DNA of 64,000 nt from Macrostomum lignano (Eukaryota): the NCBI GenBank assembly GCA_002269645.1, contig NIVC01000384.1, positions 496,001 to 560,000 of the forward strand, in the 5' to 3' direction. Position numbers and translations under genes: made by a program. The notes below the pieces were generated by a model. That model worked only from the letters and a program-made list of their open reading frames with translations, was not told the DNA's origin and searched no databases. Shown piece by piece: positions 1-15,942 of the stretch. The stretch's first letter is position 1; every line of letters begins with the position of its first letter.

Positions 1-3000
1 CTAGTTTCTGTAAAAGGTAGGAGTTTGTTTGAAAGAAAAAAATAATTAAATGTGATAGTGCTATTTTAAAGAATTTAGATCATACATGCCCAACACCTGT
101 CCGACCTGTCTGAACCAGACAGGTGAAATAGCCACCGGCCAAGGTAAGTCGCAAAATCAAAAATGGGAAAATGAAAAAAAATTAAGGGAATAAAAAAGGA
201 GAGGAAAAGAAAAGGAAAAGAAAGGAGGAAGAGAGAGGAGAAAGAGGAGAGAAAAAGAGAAAGAGAAGAAAAGAGAATAGAGGAACTAAGTCGCAATCAG
301 GAGGAACTAAGTTGTAATCAGGAGGAACTATGTTGCAATTGGGAAGAAGTAAGTTGCAAATCTGGACTAAGTTGCACTGCACCAGACAGGTGAAATTTTG
401 AGGTTGGTCATGTATGATTTAGATACCACAACTTATAACCTATAACCTATAACCTAACCTTATCTCATAACCTATTTTTCCTTTTAAGCCTTATTTGCAC
501 TGCTTTAACAACAAAAAAAGAGAAATTGCACTCTAAGCCTTGAAATTGCACCCTGAAAATTAGGCCCTAGGCATAGGGAGCAATTTTGCACCTTGTCTTG
601 GGCGAAAAAACCCAGTTCAGCACTAGGCCCTAGGCCTTTTTAGGCTTTTATTGGAATTTGGTCTGAAATACTTTGTTACCAAACTCCCCCAGCCAGTTAA
701 CAAAATTTTTGCATTGTCAAAATTGAAAGTTTGTCAAAATTTAAGCTCAATCTGTCCATTCTAATTGTAGCTTTCGAGTGCCCAGCCATAGTTTCAATAT
801 TGAAGAGGAGTTCGTCAGTTCTCAGTTTCTAAATTTTCCTTTTTTAAAATCAAGGGTAAAATGGTGTAGTGTACGTAGTATGCAAATATAATATTAATAG
901 GGGCCAAAATAAAATTAGGCCTAGGGCTTAGTTGAATTTCTGTTCCTATACATTTGTGACGATGTTGATATTAATCCTTAAACATTAGTGTTTATGCACT
1001 GCATTTTAAATTTTTTTGCTGTATATAACATAGAATGATACAAATAAAGGAAATATTAAGAAAAAAGAAATAAAGGATCTTTGAATTTGACAGTTTGTTT
1101 TATCGTATGTTGCCTTTATATGATAGGTAACTTAACGTATGGTTCAATCGCTAATCTACTGTTCCCCTCAGTTTTCGGTAATCTTTTATTCGTATTTTCC
1201 AGGTGGTTCCATCTTAAGTTGTCACATTTAGTCATTTACTACAGATTGCAGCTGCTGCATGCTCCTCACTCGCGTGAACTCGTTACTCGTGTAGGTAAAC
1301 TGACTGATAAAACTAAACTGTTCATATTTCCGCAAAACTTTCTAAGAAAGCATTATCAGGTAAAACAAATAGCAAACCCACTTAGAATACAGAAATCATT
1401 CTTGTAGCACAAAAGTCACAGTCGCCAGCTTTGTTTTTTGTTTTTATGTTTTTAAAAAACAGAAAGTGAAAGAAATGAAATTTTTCACTGTACATGCATG
1501 CTTCCATTAATTAGCATGTTATATATTTATTAACGTGTTTGCTGGCACTGGAGGCGCAGCACTGCCGATGGAGGGACGTGGAACGGTGATTGGGTGGTCT
1601 GTTCATCCCTCATCCCATCGAATTTTTAGAATTAGATCAGCGCATTACTGTTAGCTTGTAAATCTCACGAAAACGTATACTGTACTAAAAAATTGTGGTC
1701 TCACCCCCTTTAGAGGGACGGGATGGTGATCCAACTGCTGCCCCCTTGCGCCGCCATGCACTGCTTTTTGGATTTATTTTCATATAATAACATGTATCAA
1801 AATCGAGTGATTTTCACAGTGTTACTTTCCAATAGGAATTAGCTAGATGCAATCACATCACCACAGAGGCAGCGGGTTGCGGGATTGCGTAGTCAGGGGG
1901 CGATCGATCTGAATGATGAATCAAAATTTAAATCGCACTTAAGGTTTATCCGTAACTCGCTGCTACATTTAAGCTTTTACTTGATAGAATTGTTTTATTT
2001 CTGTTCGATATTTTATGAAAGCACAGCGTGCAAAAAAGCTAGTCATATATATGTTAAAGACAAATCGGCAAAATGCATATATATACAAAATAATTTCAAG
2101 TTGAATGTCATGACACCTACATGCACATAAATGTTACGGACATGCAGAGGGCCATAAAAATATTTTGTTTTGAACAAATGGATTCTCATAAGTTTTAGTT
2201 TACACATTCAGTTGGTTTGGCTTTGGAATATACATATGACTTGAATTGGAGGACTCATTGAGATTATAGCGTGTAGAAGACGAACAGGTGCATTAACAAT
2301 ACTGCAAAACTGAAACATTGTAAATCGGAATTGGCAGCATTAATAATTAGGGAAGAGTTAGCAATAGACAGAGATTGCCATCTGAGTAGTGTGACTACTT
2401 GACTTGAGGTGACTGTAAGAGAAGAAGAGTAATGGAAGAGGGAAAGGGAGGGAGGAAGATACTATGGATGAGTAGGCATGAGATGAGGGGAGAAATCGTA
2501 GAATTTGAATGAAGTGCTGACCTAGAGCTTACTGCATGTAATAGTCATTATAGACGAGTAGTCTATATAGCAGCAATACATGATTAGCAATCAAGAATAT
2601 GAGTCCGGAGTCAATTTCTGAATAGCATGCAATTAAGCCGGCAAGCTACTACACCATCGGCTGTAAAAAACTGGTTTTGGTTAATAAATAATGAATATCA
2701 TTTAATGATGCAGGCATATATGTTATACATAAAATGAATGTCGGCCATATGAAGAGTAAAGATTATACCTCGTATAGATAAATGTAGAGGCAGTAGCAGT
2801 GAGACTACTGACAAGTGCTAACGAACGATTCAAATATTTCTACTTTATTCACTTTTTTGTTAAACACCTACTGCGAAATGTTCCTTTGTTATAGCTCGAA
2901 TTAAAAAAAGCTAGCTTTCGGAAATGTGTCTGTCTATATCTACAGATATTCTGTGGACTGCAGTCTCTACATGGGATGGGATTTTGCAGAAAGATGAATA

Positions 3001-3108
3001 TATAATACGATTCCACTATAACTCAGACGTTACAGAGTTAGCGCGGCGCAAGGAGGTAACTCAACAGACAGAAGTGGAGCAATTTGTGTCATTAAAAAGT
3101 CTTTACTC

Positions 3109-3528
3109 TTAATTCTTCTCATTATTACCAGTTCTTGATTGGCTTGTTGCTGTCTCAACTGCAGTCAGAGTCTCAGCTGCAGCATCCAACTCGTCCTCAT
3201 CGTCACTCTCCATCGCAGCTGCAGCAGCCTGATCGCTGGAGTCTTCTGAACTGATAACACTGCCGCCACTCGCCAGGTAGTCAGCCAGTTCGGCAATGTA
3301 CGTCTGCGCCAGCCGCAGCACCTCGTACTTGGAGAGCCGCTTCGCCTCGCTGGCGGCCGGCAGGACTCGGCGCAGCCGGTCGAAGGCCACGTTCAGCGAG
3401 GCCATGCGGCGTCTCTCGCGCTCGTTCGCTGCCCGCCGACGCTGATGTCCGTCTCGGTCTCCGACGCCGCCGCTGATGTCGTCATCCTTGCCGACTGAGC
3501 AGTTAGCCAACTTTTTCTGAACCTCCAT
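3109..3528 (-). CDS. ato: Atonal-family bHLH transcription factor, intronless, 139 aa
   Basis: [28 protein letters not shown]...[19 protein letters not shown] matches the Atonal/Atoh1/7 bHLH pattern (ANxRERRRM, LNxAFDxLR, LSKYExL). The codons are GC-rich. Confidence 0.88.
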   Translation of the reverse strand: MEVQKKLANCSVGKDDDISGGVGDRDGHQRRRAANERERRRMASLNVAFDRLRRVLPAASEAKRLSKYEVLRLAQTYIAELADYLASGGSVISSEDSSDQAAAAAMESDDEDELDAAAETLTAVETATSQSRTGNNEKN

Positions 3529-4174
3529 GCGACAGACAGACAGTCTGTTGTTGCTTTTATTATTAGTTTCCCGAGAACTCTACTGTTTTGTACAGATTGG
3601 GGATCGGTCTTACATGTCCAGGCTTGTTAGCTCTGCCAGTTATTTAAAAAGGAGCCTTTCGAAAAGGTTTTTCTCTGGGGGAGAAAAACAGCTAACGAAG
3701 CTGTTTGATTGGTCAGCAACCACCGGACCAGCCCCATTCGAGTCTTCGCTCAACCCCCGATTCCCGCCAGGAGCCAGGCCAACCCCAACAGCCTCAAGTT
3801 TTAAGCAGACTTGGACTGTAGTCTCGTCTAGGGACCACTTAAATAGTTATACGGATTGGAAAACCTTAACTCGTTAAGCCCGGCGCAAGATCGAGTTAAC
3901 ATGACTATATATTATGGTATAGTACACTAGTACCGATCCATCCCCTAGGGTCAGGGAAGCCTCTATGGTCGCTGCGCTTCCCAGGGACCTGCTTGGGTCC
4001 TTTAAAACTTCACAATAATAATCCTACTTTCTCAAGATATATGTCTCTTCTCAGCGCTCTTCTGGTCCTTTTCTTATCTCCCTTCTCTCCCCTCTCCTCT
4101 CTTCTCTCTCCCTCCTCCCACCTCTTTTCTCTTATCTTCGCTCTCCTCTCTCTACCATGCTTCAAGGTCTGTCT

Positions 4175-5110
4175 CAGACTGTCTGTCTGTCACATGGTGT
4201 CAAGGTGTCACTTGATGTGAAGGTCTATCTGTCACATGGTGTCAAGGTGTCACTTGATGTGAAGGTCTATCTGTCACATGGTGTCAAGGTGTCACTTGAT
4301 GTGAAGGTCTATCTGTCACATGGTGTCAAGGTGTCACTTGATGTGAAGGTCTATCTGTCACATGGTGTCAAGGTCTATCTGTCACATGGTGTCAAGGTCT
4401 ATCTGTCACATGGTGTCAAGGTCTATCTGTCACATGGTGTCAAGGTCTATCTGTCACATGGTGTGAAGGTCTATCTGTCACATGGTGTCAAGGTCTATCT
4501 GTCACATGGTGTGAAGGTCTATCTGTCACATGGCTCAAGGTCTATCTGTCACATAGTGTGAAGGTCTATCTGTCACATGGTGTCAAGGTCTATCTGTCAC
4601 ATAGTGTGAAGGTCTATCTGTCACATAGTGTGAAGGTCTATCTGTCACATGGTGTCAAGGTCTATCTGTCACATGGTGTGAAGGTCTATCTGTCACATGG
4701 GTCAAGGTCTATCTGTCACATAGTGTGAAGGTCTATCTGTCACATAGTGTGAAGGTCTATCTGTCACATAGTGTGAAGGTCTATCTGTCACATAGTGTGA
4801 AGGTCTATCTGTCACATGGTGTGAAGGTCTATCTGTCACATTGTGTCAAGGTCTATCTGTCACATGGTGTCAAGGTCTATCTGTCACATGGTGTGAAGGT
4901 CTATCTGTCACATGGGTCAAGGTCTATCTGTCACATAGTGTGAAGGTCTATCTGCCACATGGTGTCAAGGTCTATCTGTCACATGGTGTGAAGGTCTATC
5001 TGTCACATGGTGTGAAGGTCTATCTGTCACATGATGTGAAGGTCTATCTGTCACATAGTGTGAAGGTCTATCTGTCACATGGTGTGAAGGTCTATCTGTC
5101 ACATGGTGTC
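4175..5110. repeat. Minisatellite, 24-bp unit aaggtctatctgtcacatggtgt(c/g), with a 42-bp variant at the left end
   Basis: Directly visible tandem array. Confidence 0.97.
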
Positions 5111-5885
5111 GGAGACGACGGTCAACGCCAGGGGTCCGCCACGCTGACAAACTTTTCTGGATCACATGACAAAAAGCTCAGGTTAAAAAAATTATTTTGA
5201 GTTATGAGTCATGGAATAACTGGGAGTTATTACTATACTAATAAATAGAGCATCGCATCAAAGTCTATTGAAAATATTTTCGGGATCTTTTTATCCCGCT
5301 TTGCTTCCAGTCCAACAAGCATTAAGAGGTCCTTGACTCTCTGGCTTAAGTTGCTTTCTTCAATTCAAGAGACTTGGCTGACTAAATTGGGATCATAAAT
5401 TATTAACTGGGATCGGATCGCCCATCCTGGCACAAATGAGAAGCGAAACCCGCGGAGCCTGTCAAACCAACCCCCCCAGCCTCTCGGATCCCTTCATCAA
5501 GGTTGGAGATCTTAAAATTATAGCCTGTTTCTTACTTCTATCCCCGCTGCAGCTCAAGGCACAAGAGAACGGGAGACTGGAATTTTACAATCTCCTCTAT
5601 TCCTCATCAACCCACCCCGTGCTCTCCCGTGCATTGTTGGAAGACAAGGGAGCCGTATCAGAGCCATATAAGCCTCGAGCTAACCATGCGCTTTGCATGC
5701 TCAAGCTACTTGGGCCTTTTACAAGCTTTTGGAAAACATTTTCCTTCATTAAAATCCAGCTTTTTTTCTGCGAAACTAGATTACGTTTCCAATAATTCAA
5801 CACAATCGATATAGAGAAGATGATGTTTGATTTCATGAGCTTTCCAAAGTACAAAGACAATGCGTTGAAACTAGAGTGTTTAAGG

Positions 5886-6339
5886 CAGGGGTGAGCATAC
5901 TCCGGCCATATGCTGCCGCCCTCGGGTCCTTAGACACTTCATAATAGCAATCCAGCCCTCTCAAGGTTTGTCTCTTCTCAGCTATCTCTCCTGCTCTCCT
6001 CTCATCTCCTCTCTCTTCTTCTCTCCTCTCCTCTCCTCTCCTCTCAGCTCCTTTACTCTACTCTCTCATCTCATCTTATCTACTCTCCCCTCTCATCTCA
6101 TCTCCCCTTTCCTCTCCTCTCCTCTCTTCTCCTCTCCTCTTATCTCCTTTCTTATCACTCATCTCTTCTTTCATAGCCTCGATCTTATCTCGCCTCTCAC
6201 CTCCCCTCTCTTTTGTTATCTCTCATCTTCTCTTTCGCCTATTTCCCTCATTCCCTCTCCTTTCCACTCTCATCTGGCCCGCAGCCATTGAGCTGGATTC
6301 TTTATCTGGGCCTTGAGCTAAAAAGTTGCCCGACCCCTG
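5886..6339. mobile_element. hAT (Charlie-like) MITE with CT-rich interior
   Basis: Termini are caggggtgagca... and ...ttgcccgacccctg (imperfect TIR CAGGGGT). The 8-bp flanks are gtttaagg (5878-5885) and atttaagg (6340-6347), a 7/8 TSD. Partial internal copies occur at ~3985-4155 and ~54880-55120 (gggtcctt..aaactt..., ctggcccgcag). Confidence 0.75.
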
Positions 6340-7182
6340 ATTTAAGGGGTAAGTTAACTCGAGTTTTTAGGTGCCGACTTGAGTATGTTATAAGCGGTAA
6401 TTCGAGAGCTTGGCTGTTTGGGTGCTCACTTGTGTGAGTTGTGTGCTAAATACGATAGTTGAAATGCAAGTGCCACAAAATCAGGGAGGTAGGTATTTGA
6501 AAAGGAAACGCATACCAAAACTACTGCAGTATCATTTATTGCCTTCCAAAAAGTTTCCCACCAAATCGGAACTCCATAAACAAGCTCAATAAAGACCGAA
6601 TTCCCAAAGCTCAGGTTATCAGGTAGGTAGATAACAATATAATTCCCACGCGACGCTGAGTCGAATCCCTACTGGGAGATAAAACAAACCGAGATGTATC
6701 GTGATTTGGGAAGATGACTTGCCTCGCTCGCGCGACCCCCGTATCATTCAGTCATTCAGTTTGGTCTCAGAAACAGGCATCAAAATGTAATTACAACAAC
6801 GAACAGTAGGGCTCCCACCTGACAGTGCACGTGACAGTTCTCGGGAGTCTGAGGCGCTTGAGGGACATCAAAACCATTAAAAAATTTATATAGCCAACCA
6901 CATTCTTATATAGCTCGTAACCCTTCCGTATAGCAATAAAATTGTCGCTAAGCCAGCTCTGTCTGTTGGTATTGTAGCGAAATTTCCCAAAAGCAATAGT
7001 TATCGCTGTTTACCGTGGGAGACTACTAAAAATTGGTCTTCTCTCGAACAAGGGCGCGCTGGCATTTAGAAAAGTTCAGGGCTCTTTTGAGTTGGCTTTT
7101 GACTTACAGATAACTAATTTGGTCTTTTGGCGTCATCACTGAGTCACTTCTCACTCATACCTTTATTTCGCGCCTATCACAC

Positions 7183-8770
7183 ATATCTTGGCGCTCTTAA
7201 ACATATCTTGGCGCCCTAAAACATAACTTGGCGCTCTTAAACGTATCTTGGCGCCATCACCCCTATCTTGGCGCCATCGCCCCTATCTTGGCGACATCAC
7301 CCCTATCTTGGCGCCATCACCCCTTATCTTAGCGCCATCACCCCTATCTTGGCGACATCAACCCTATCTTGGCGCTCTTAAACATATCTTGGCGCCCTAA
7401 AACATAACTTGGCGCTCTTAAACGTATCTTGGCGCCATCACCCCTATCTTGGCGCCATCGCCCCTATCTTGGCGCCATCGCCCCTATCCTGGCGACATCA
7501 CCCCTATCTTGGCGCCATCACCCCTTATCTTAGCGCCATCACCCCTATCTTGGCGACATCAACCCTATCTTGGCGCCATCACCCCTATCTTGGCGCCATC
7601 ACCCCTATCTTGGCGCCATCACCCCTTTCTTGGCGCCATCACCCCTATCTTGGCGACATCAACCCTATCTTGGCGACATCACCCCTATCTTGGTGAGATC
7701 ACACCTATCTTGGCGACATCAACCCTATCTTGGCGCCATCACCCCTATCTTGGCGCCATCACCCCTATCTTGGCGCCATCACCCCTATCTTGGCGCCATC
7801 ACCCCTTTCTTGGCGCCATCACCCCTTATCTTAGCGCCATCAACCCTATCTTGGCGACATCACACCTATCTTGGCGCCATCACCCCTATCTTGGCGCCAT
7901 CACCCCTTATCTTAGCGCCATCAACCCTATCTTGGCGACATCAACCCTATCTTGGCGACATCAACCCTATCTTGGCGACATCAACCCTATCTCGGCGATA
8001 TCACACCTATCTTGGCGCCATCACCCCTATCTTGGCGCCATCACCCCTATCTTGGCGCCATCACCCCTTATCTTAGCGCCATCAACCCTATCTTGGCGAC
8101 ATCAACCCTATCTTGGCGACATCACCCCTATCTTGGTGAGATCACACCTATCTTGGCGATATCAACCCTATCTTAGCGCCATCACCCCTATCTTGGCGAC
8201 ATCAACCCTATCTTGGCGCCATCACCCCTATCTTGGCGCCATCACCCCTATCTTGGCGCCATCACCCCTTTCTTGGAGCCATCACCCCTTATCTTAGCGC
8301 AATCAACCCTATCTTGGCGACATCAACCCTATCTTGGTGAGATCACACCTATCTTGGCGATATCAACCCTATCTTGGCGACATCAACCCTATCTCGGCGA
8401 TATCACACCTATCTTGGCGACATCACCCCTATCTTGGCGCCATCACCCCTATCTTGGCGCCATCACCCCTTATCTTAGCGCCATCAACCCCATCTTGGCG
8501 ACATCACCCCTATCTTGGTGACATCACCCCTATCTTGGCGCCATCACCCCTTATCTTAGCGCCATCACCCCTATCTTGGCGCCATCACCCCTATCTTGGC
8601 GCCATCACCCCTTATCTTAGCGCCATCAACCCTATCTTGGCGACATCAACCCTATCTTGGCGACATCACCCCTATCTTGGCGCCATCCGCTCCTATCTTG
8701 GCCTCATCAAATCTATCTTGGCGCTTTTAAATATACCTTAGCGCCCTTACACCTACCTTGGCGCCAATCA
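7183..8770. repeat. Minisatellite, 20-bp unit cttggcgccatcacccctat (with 21-bp variants)
   Basis: Directly visible tandem array. Confidence 0.97.
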
Positions 8771-9519
8771 CACCATTACCTGTGCCTAAACAAACACACA
8801 TTGTTGAATTTTGACTTAACCTTCTTACCTGCAAAAAATATACATTTGTAGCTAAACTGCAAAGCAGTTTATCTGTTATTGGTGCTTTTTTGCATACATG
8901 AAGCAAATCTGATTATATTATGGAATCGCATGAGCAGGACTCAGCAGCCTGCATGCATGCAGTTAAAGATGCCAGGTATTGATGAGTAGAATTTCAACAA
9001 GAGTCTCAAATTTATGAAATTAAAGAGAAGTGAAAGAAGTTCAAGTGATCAGAAAAAATAGAACGACTATAAATTTATACTTTAGTTCCAGTATCCTTTA
9101 TTTTTCCTAAAAATCTTATTTGTAAGCCTTTTTTCGTATTGTCCGCTTCTTTTCCGCTCGAAATTGGGTAATAAAACCAAGTTTTTTTCTCGTGTTATCG
9201 TGCGATTCAGAAGCGAGCGAAGCCAAGCGAAAGAAGAAGAGTCTACAGAGAGATTGCAATCTGCGATTATGTTTGCCAAGCCAAGCTAAGTATATAGATT
9301 GTTTGACAGGCGCTGCTTGAAGACTGAAGAGACAAATTGAGTTAGGAGAGGTGGAAGTCCAGGAACACAATAGCAGTCCTTGCTCGTCCCCTCACTTCCG
9401 TGAGAACTTATTGTTCTGTGGTGAGAACCCCTGTTACTCCGACTTCCGACTTCCGAACTAAAGTGTGTTTCACAAACTTAGACGCTTCGCGAACAAGAAA
9501 CTACACAAACTAATATGAA

Positions 9520-9805
9520 CTATATATATTAATTGATTACACCTGCCCCAATTGGGCCAGATGTGCAACCGCTCAGCCGCAGGATTTTAGCGCCTTGGAC
9601 TGTACGGCTGTTCAGTGCAAGGACTGGGGGTCGCCACACACACAGCCTCAATTACCCCAGCTAATGCTGGCACCCATTTTACAGCTGGGTGAACTGAAGC
9701 AATACAGAGTTAAGTGTCTTGCTCAAGGACACAAATTGTTGCGAATGGGTCGGGAATCGAACCCACGACCTTTAAGTCGTTAGTCCGACGCTCAAACCAC
9801 TAGGC
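9520..9805 (-). mobile_element. tRNA-derived SINE, copy 1
   Basis: The minus strand reads tagtggtttgagc (A box), ggttcgattcc (B box), then gtgtccttgagcaagacactt and cagttcacccagctgtaaaatgggtgccagc, ending in an AT-rich tail. It is homologous to 61766-62040. Confidence 0.85.
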
Positions 9806-10611
9806 AATTGTCGAATTTGAATTTTTAACTAAGATCTATTTGTTTTATTTCTAGTTTAGAGTTTTCCAATCGGGTTTTTGGTTTCTTTCAATAAGTCCTT
9901 AGTTGGTGCTCTGTTATGAATAATCACCATTTTGATTCACCAGCTTCTACCGCTTGTCTCCCCAGTTTTGATCCGATAATTGACGGTTTCGAGGGGGGCG
10001 GGTGGCGGGGCGGGTGGCGGGGCGGGCGGGGGTAGACATAGACAGGCGGGTCCCATTCGTGAGCTTCTGGTCCACTAGAGCCGTGAGGAGCCGTGAAGGC
10101 TTGAAAAAAAGTCTCGCTGTTTCGGTCACAGATAAAGCTATAATCCTGGAATTTCAATTTTTAATGATGAAGAGTCGTATTATTTGTTTTTTTCAATAGA
10201 ATGGTTTCACAACGCCTTATTTTCATTCTTTCATGATGTGAAATGTAATAGATCACGTGATTAATTAATTGTTCAAGTAGTTGTGAAATTTGATGCGTAA
10301 CTTCTAATAACTTCTTAGAAGCCGCTTTGAAAGTTCAGGACAATAGACCGAGCCAAATAACAATTTTACAGATCAAACAATTGATCAAAATAAAAAACGA
10401 TTCCGAAATCAATCACATTAATCGGCATGTTTTCTAGCTATGGATGCTAAATAAAAAGGCAAGAATCGACATTGTGCTCGTTTTGAAGAAAAATGAACAT
10501 AATTATAGCTTTGCCTGCTATTTAGCTCCTACAGGGAGGAGTAATTCTATGGATTGATTGACTCCACCGGCCCCGCCTTCTGTCTTCATTTAACGATTTC
10601 ATCGAGAATTC

Positions 10612-11552
10612 AAGGTATTCAGGACCTCAGCATCCATGTCCCTCAGCTTCCTCAGTGTACTTCATGTATTCAAGACTGCCTCCTCAGTGTCCCTCAGGTA
10701 TTCAGGACCGCCTCCTCAGTGTCCCTGAGGTATTCAGGACTGCCTCGTCAGTGTCCCTCAGGTATTCAGGACCGCCTCCTCAGTGTCCCTGAGGTATTCA
10801 GGACTGCCTCGTCAGTGTCCCTCAGGTATTCAGGACCGCCTCCTCAGTGTCCCTGAGGTATTCAGGACTGCCTCGTCAGTGTACCTCAGGTATTCGAAAC
10901 CGCGCCCTCCTCAGTGTCCCTCAGGTTTTCAGGACCGCCTCCTCAGTGTACCTCAGGTATTCAAAACCGTGCCCTCCTCAGTGTCCTTCAGGTATTTAGG
11001 ACCGCCTCCTCAGTGTCCCTCAGGTATTCAGGACCGCCTCCTCAGTGTCCTTCAGGTATTCAGGACCGCCTCCTCAGTGTCCTTCAGGTATTCAGGACAG
11101 CCTCCTCAGTGTCCCTCGGGTTATTCAGGACCGCCTCCTCAGTGTCCCTCAGGTATTCAGGACCGCCTCCTCAGTGTCCTTCAGGTATTCAGGACCGCCT
11201 CCTCAGTGACCTTCAGGGATTCAGGACCGCCTCCTCAGTGTCCTTTAGGTATTCAGGACCGCCTCCTCAGTGTCCTTCAGGTATTCAAAACCGTGCCCTC
11301 CTCAGTGTCCCTCAGGTATCCAGGACCGCCTCCTCAGTGTCCTTCAGGTATTCAGGACCGCCTCCTCAGTGTCCTTCAGGGATTCAGGACCGCCTCCTCA
11401 GTGTCCTTTAGGTATTCAGGACCGCCTCCTCAGTGTCTCTCAGGTATTCAGGACCGCCTCCTCAGTGTCTCTCAGGTATTCAGGACCGCCTCCTCAGTGT
11501 CTCTCAGGTATCCAGGACCGCCTCCTCAGTGTCCTTCAGGTATTCAGGACCG
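10612..11552. repeat. Minisatellite, 32-bp unit ggtattcaggaccgcctcctcagtgtccctca
   Basis: Directly visible tandem array. Confidence 0.97.
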
Positions 11553-12046
11553 CATTAATAAAAAATCTAAGAGCAAAAAGTAGACTAAGAGCTGAAGTGG
11601 TCTCATTGACTAATTCTCATATAAAAATCAATCATTCCGGATTAGGTTATCTAACGTGCGCCTTTATACTGTAATACGCTATAATCCCCCCGATACAGTG
11701 TGAGCAATATAGAATATGAAACAAAGAAGACAGGCACATCAAGGATGCACAGCTCTGAGAGCGATTGCCAGGTTTTAGAAAAAAATTAAAGGATTACGCA
11801 GAAACGTCTGTCATAAAAGAATGGTAATTAATAATTGATAATTTAACTGGGTTGAAAAATATCTACTTGCACGCAAGGTTAGGCTTAAGACGATAAAAAA
11901 GTATTGCTTTAAGTTTATCAAGCTGAGTACACCAAAAGAGTTTTAATTGGCTAGTTGGGGAATCGCAGTAATCATTCGCTAATTCTAAGCTAGAATACAG
12001 TTCGAAAATGAATTTAATTTCAAAGACGAGAGACACGTAGAGAGCG

Positions 12047-12697
12047 GAGAGGAGGAGCGGATAGTCACGGGGAGAGAGGAGAGGAGGGCGGAGAGTCACG
12101 GGGAGAGAGGAGAGGAGGGCGGAGAGTCACGGGGAGAGAGAAGAGGAGGGCGGAGAGTCACGGGGAGAGAGGAGAGGAGGGCGGAGAGTCACGGGGAGAG
12201 AGGAGAGGAGGGCGGAGAGTCACGGGAAGAGAGGAGAGGAGGGCGGAGAGACACGGGGAGAGAGAAGAGGAGGGCGGAGAGTCACGGGGAGAGAGAAGAG
12301 GAGGGCGGCGGAGAGTCACGGGGAGAGAGGAGAGGAGGGCGGAGAGTCACGGGGAGAGAGAAGAGGAGGAGAGTCACGGGGAGAGAGGAGAGGAGGGCGG
12401 AGAGTCACGGGGAGAGAGGAGAGGAGGGCGGAGAGACACGGGGAGAGAGAAGAGGAGGGCGGAGAGTCACGGGGAGAGAGAAGAGGAGGGCGGCGGAGAG
12501 TCACGGGGAGAGAGGAGAGGAGGGCGGAGAGTCACGGGGAGAGAGAAGAGGAGGGCAGAGAGTCATGGGGAGAGAGGAGAGGAGGGCGGAGAGTCACGGG
12601 GAGAGAGGAGAGGAGGGCGGAGAGTCACGGGAAGAGAGGAGAGGAGGGCGGAGAGTCACGGGGAGAGAGGAGAGGAGGGCGGAGAGTCACGGGAAGA
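12047..12697. repeat. Purine-rich minisatellite, 31-bp unit ggagagtcacggggagagaggagaggagggc
   Basis: Tandem array that starts just past the stop codon of the minus-strand polyQ gene. Confidence 0.96.
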
Positions 12698-12703
12698 GTC
12701 AAG

Positions 12704-15433
<2,730 letters not shown>

Positions 15434-15942
15434 GCGCCACCTAGCTGCTCTCACCTCTGTTGCCAGGCCAAATTCAACTTGAGGCAATAAGCCGGAGTTT
15501 CTCCCTTCTCTTAGGCCTGAATTTCTTTGTTTCTCGCCCCTCTCCCCTGAGAGAGGCAGAGGGAGGGGGTTGGGGAGGGGTGGGGGCCCGCGGGCGGCAG
15601 GCGCGGCGCGTACATCGCCTTCAATTCTCACCCTTTAGCCTGTACAAAATCGCCATGCAAACCCGGGTAGTAGTTAATTGCAGACTTACATGTATAACCG
15701 TTCTCACTGCCAGCTAAAGCTTGCTTCATTGAACGCAAATAGGGCTAAAATGTTGTGAAAATTAAAAAATAATTGAGTAGTATGGTGAAGACAGGGCTTG
15801 CTGGTGTTAGATAGCCAAAAAGAAGCTTTGTTGTCAGAATCAATGCTCTCTTTTTACTTGAAATATTTTTGGTGTTCCTTCCTTCTCTCTCTCTCTCTCT
15901 CTTCTTTTGCTCCTATCCCATCTTTCCATTACTTTCTGAATC

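Noticed and set aside
9740-9805. tRNA-like A/B boxes (also at 61766-61820)
   Set aside because: No complete cloverleaf forms, and the sequence continues into a shared SINE body and tail. It is a SINE, not a tRNA gene.
4157-11674. Long ORFs in the 24-, 20- and 32-bp arrays; superficial CRISPR-like periodicity
   Set aside because: These are pure tandem units with no unique spacers, in a eukaryotic context with no cas genes. The ORFs are stop-free only because of repeat composition.
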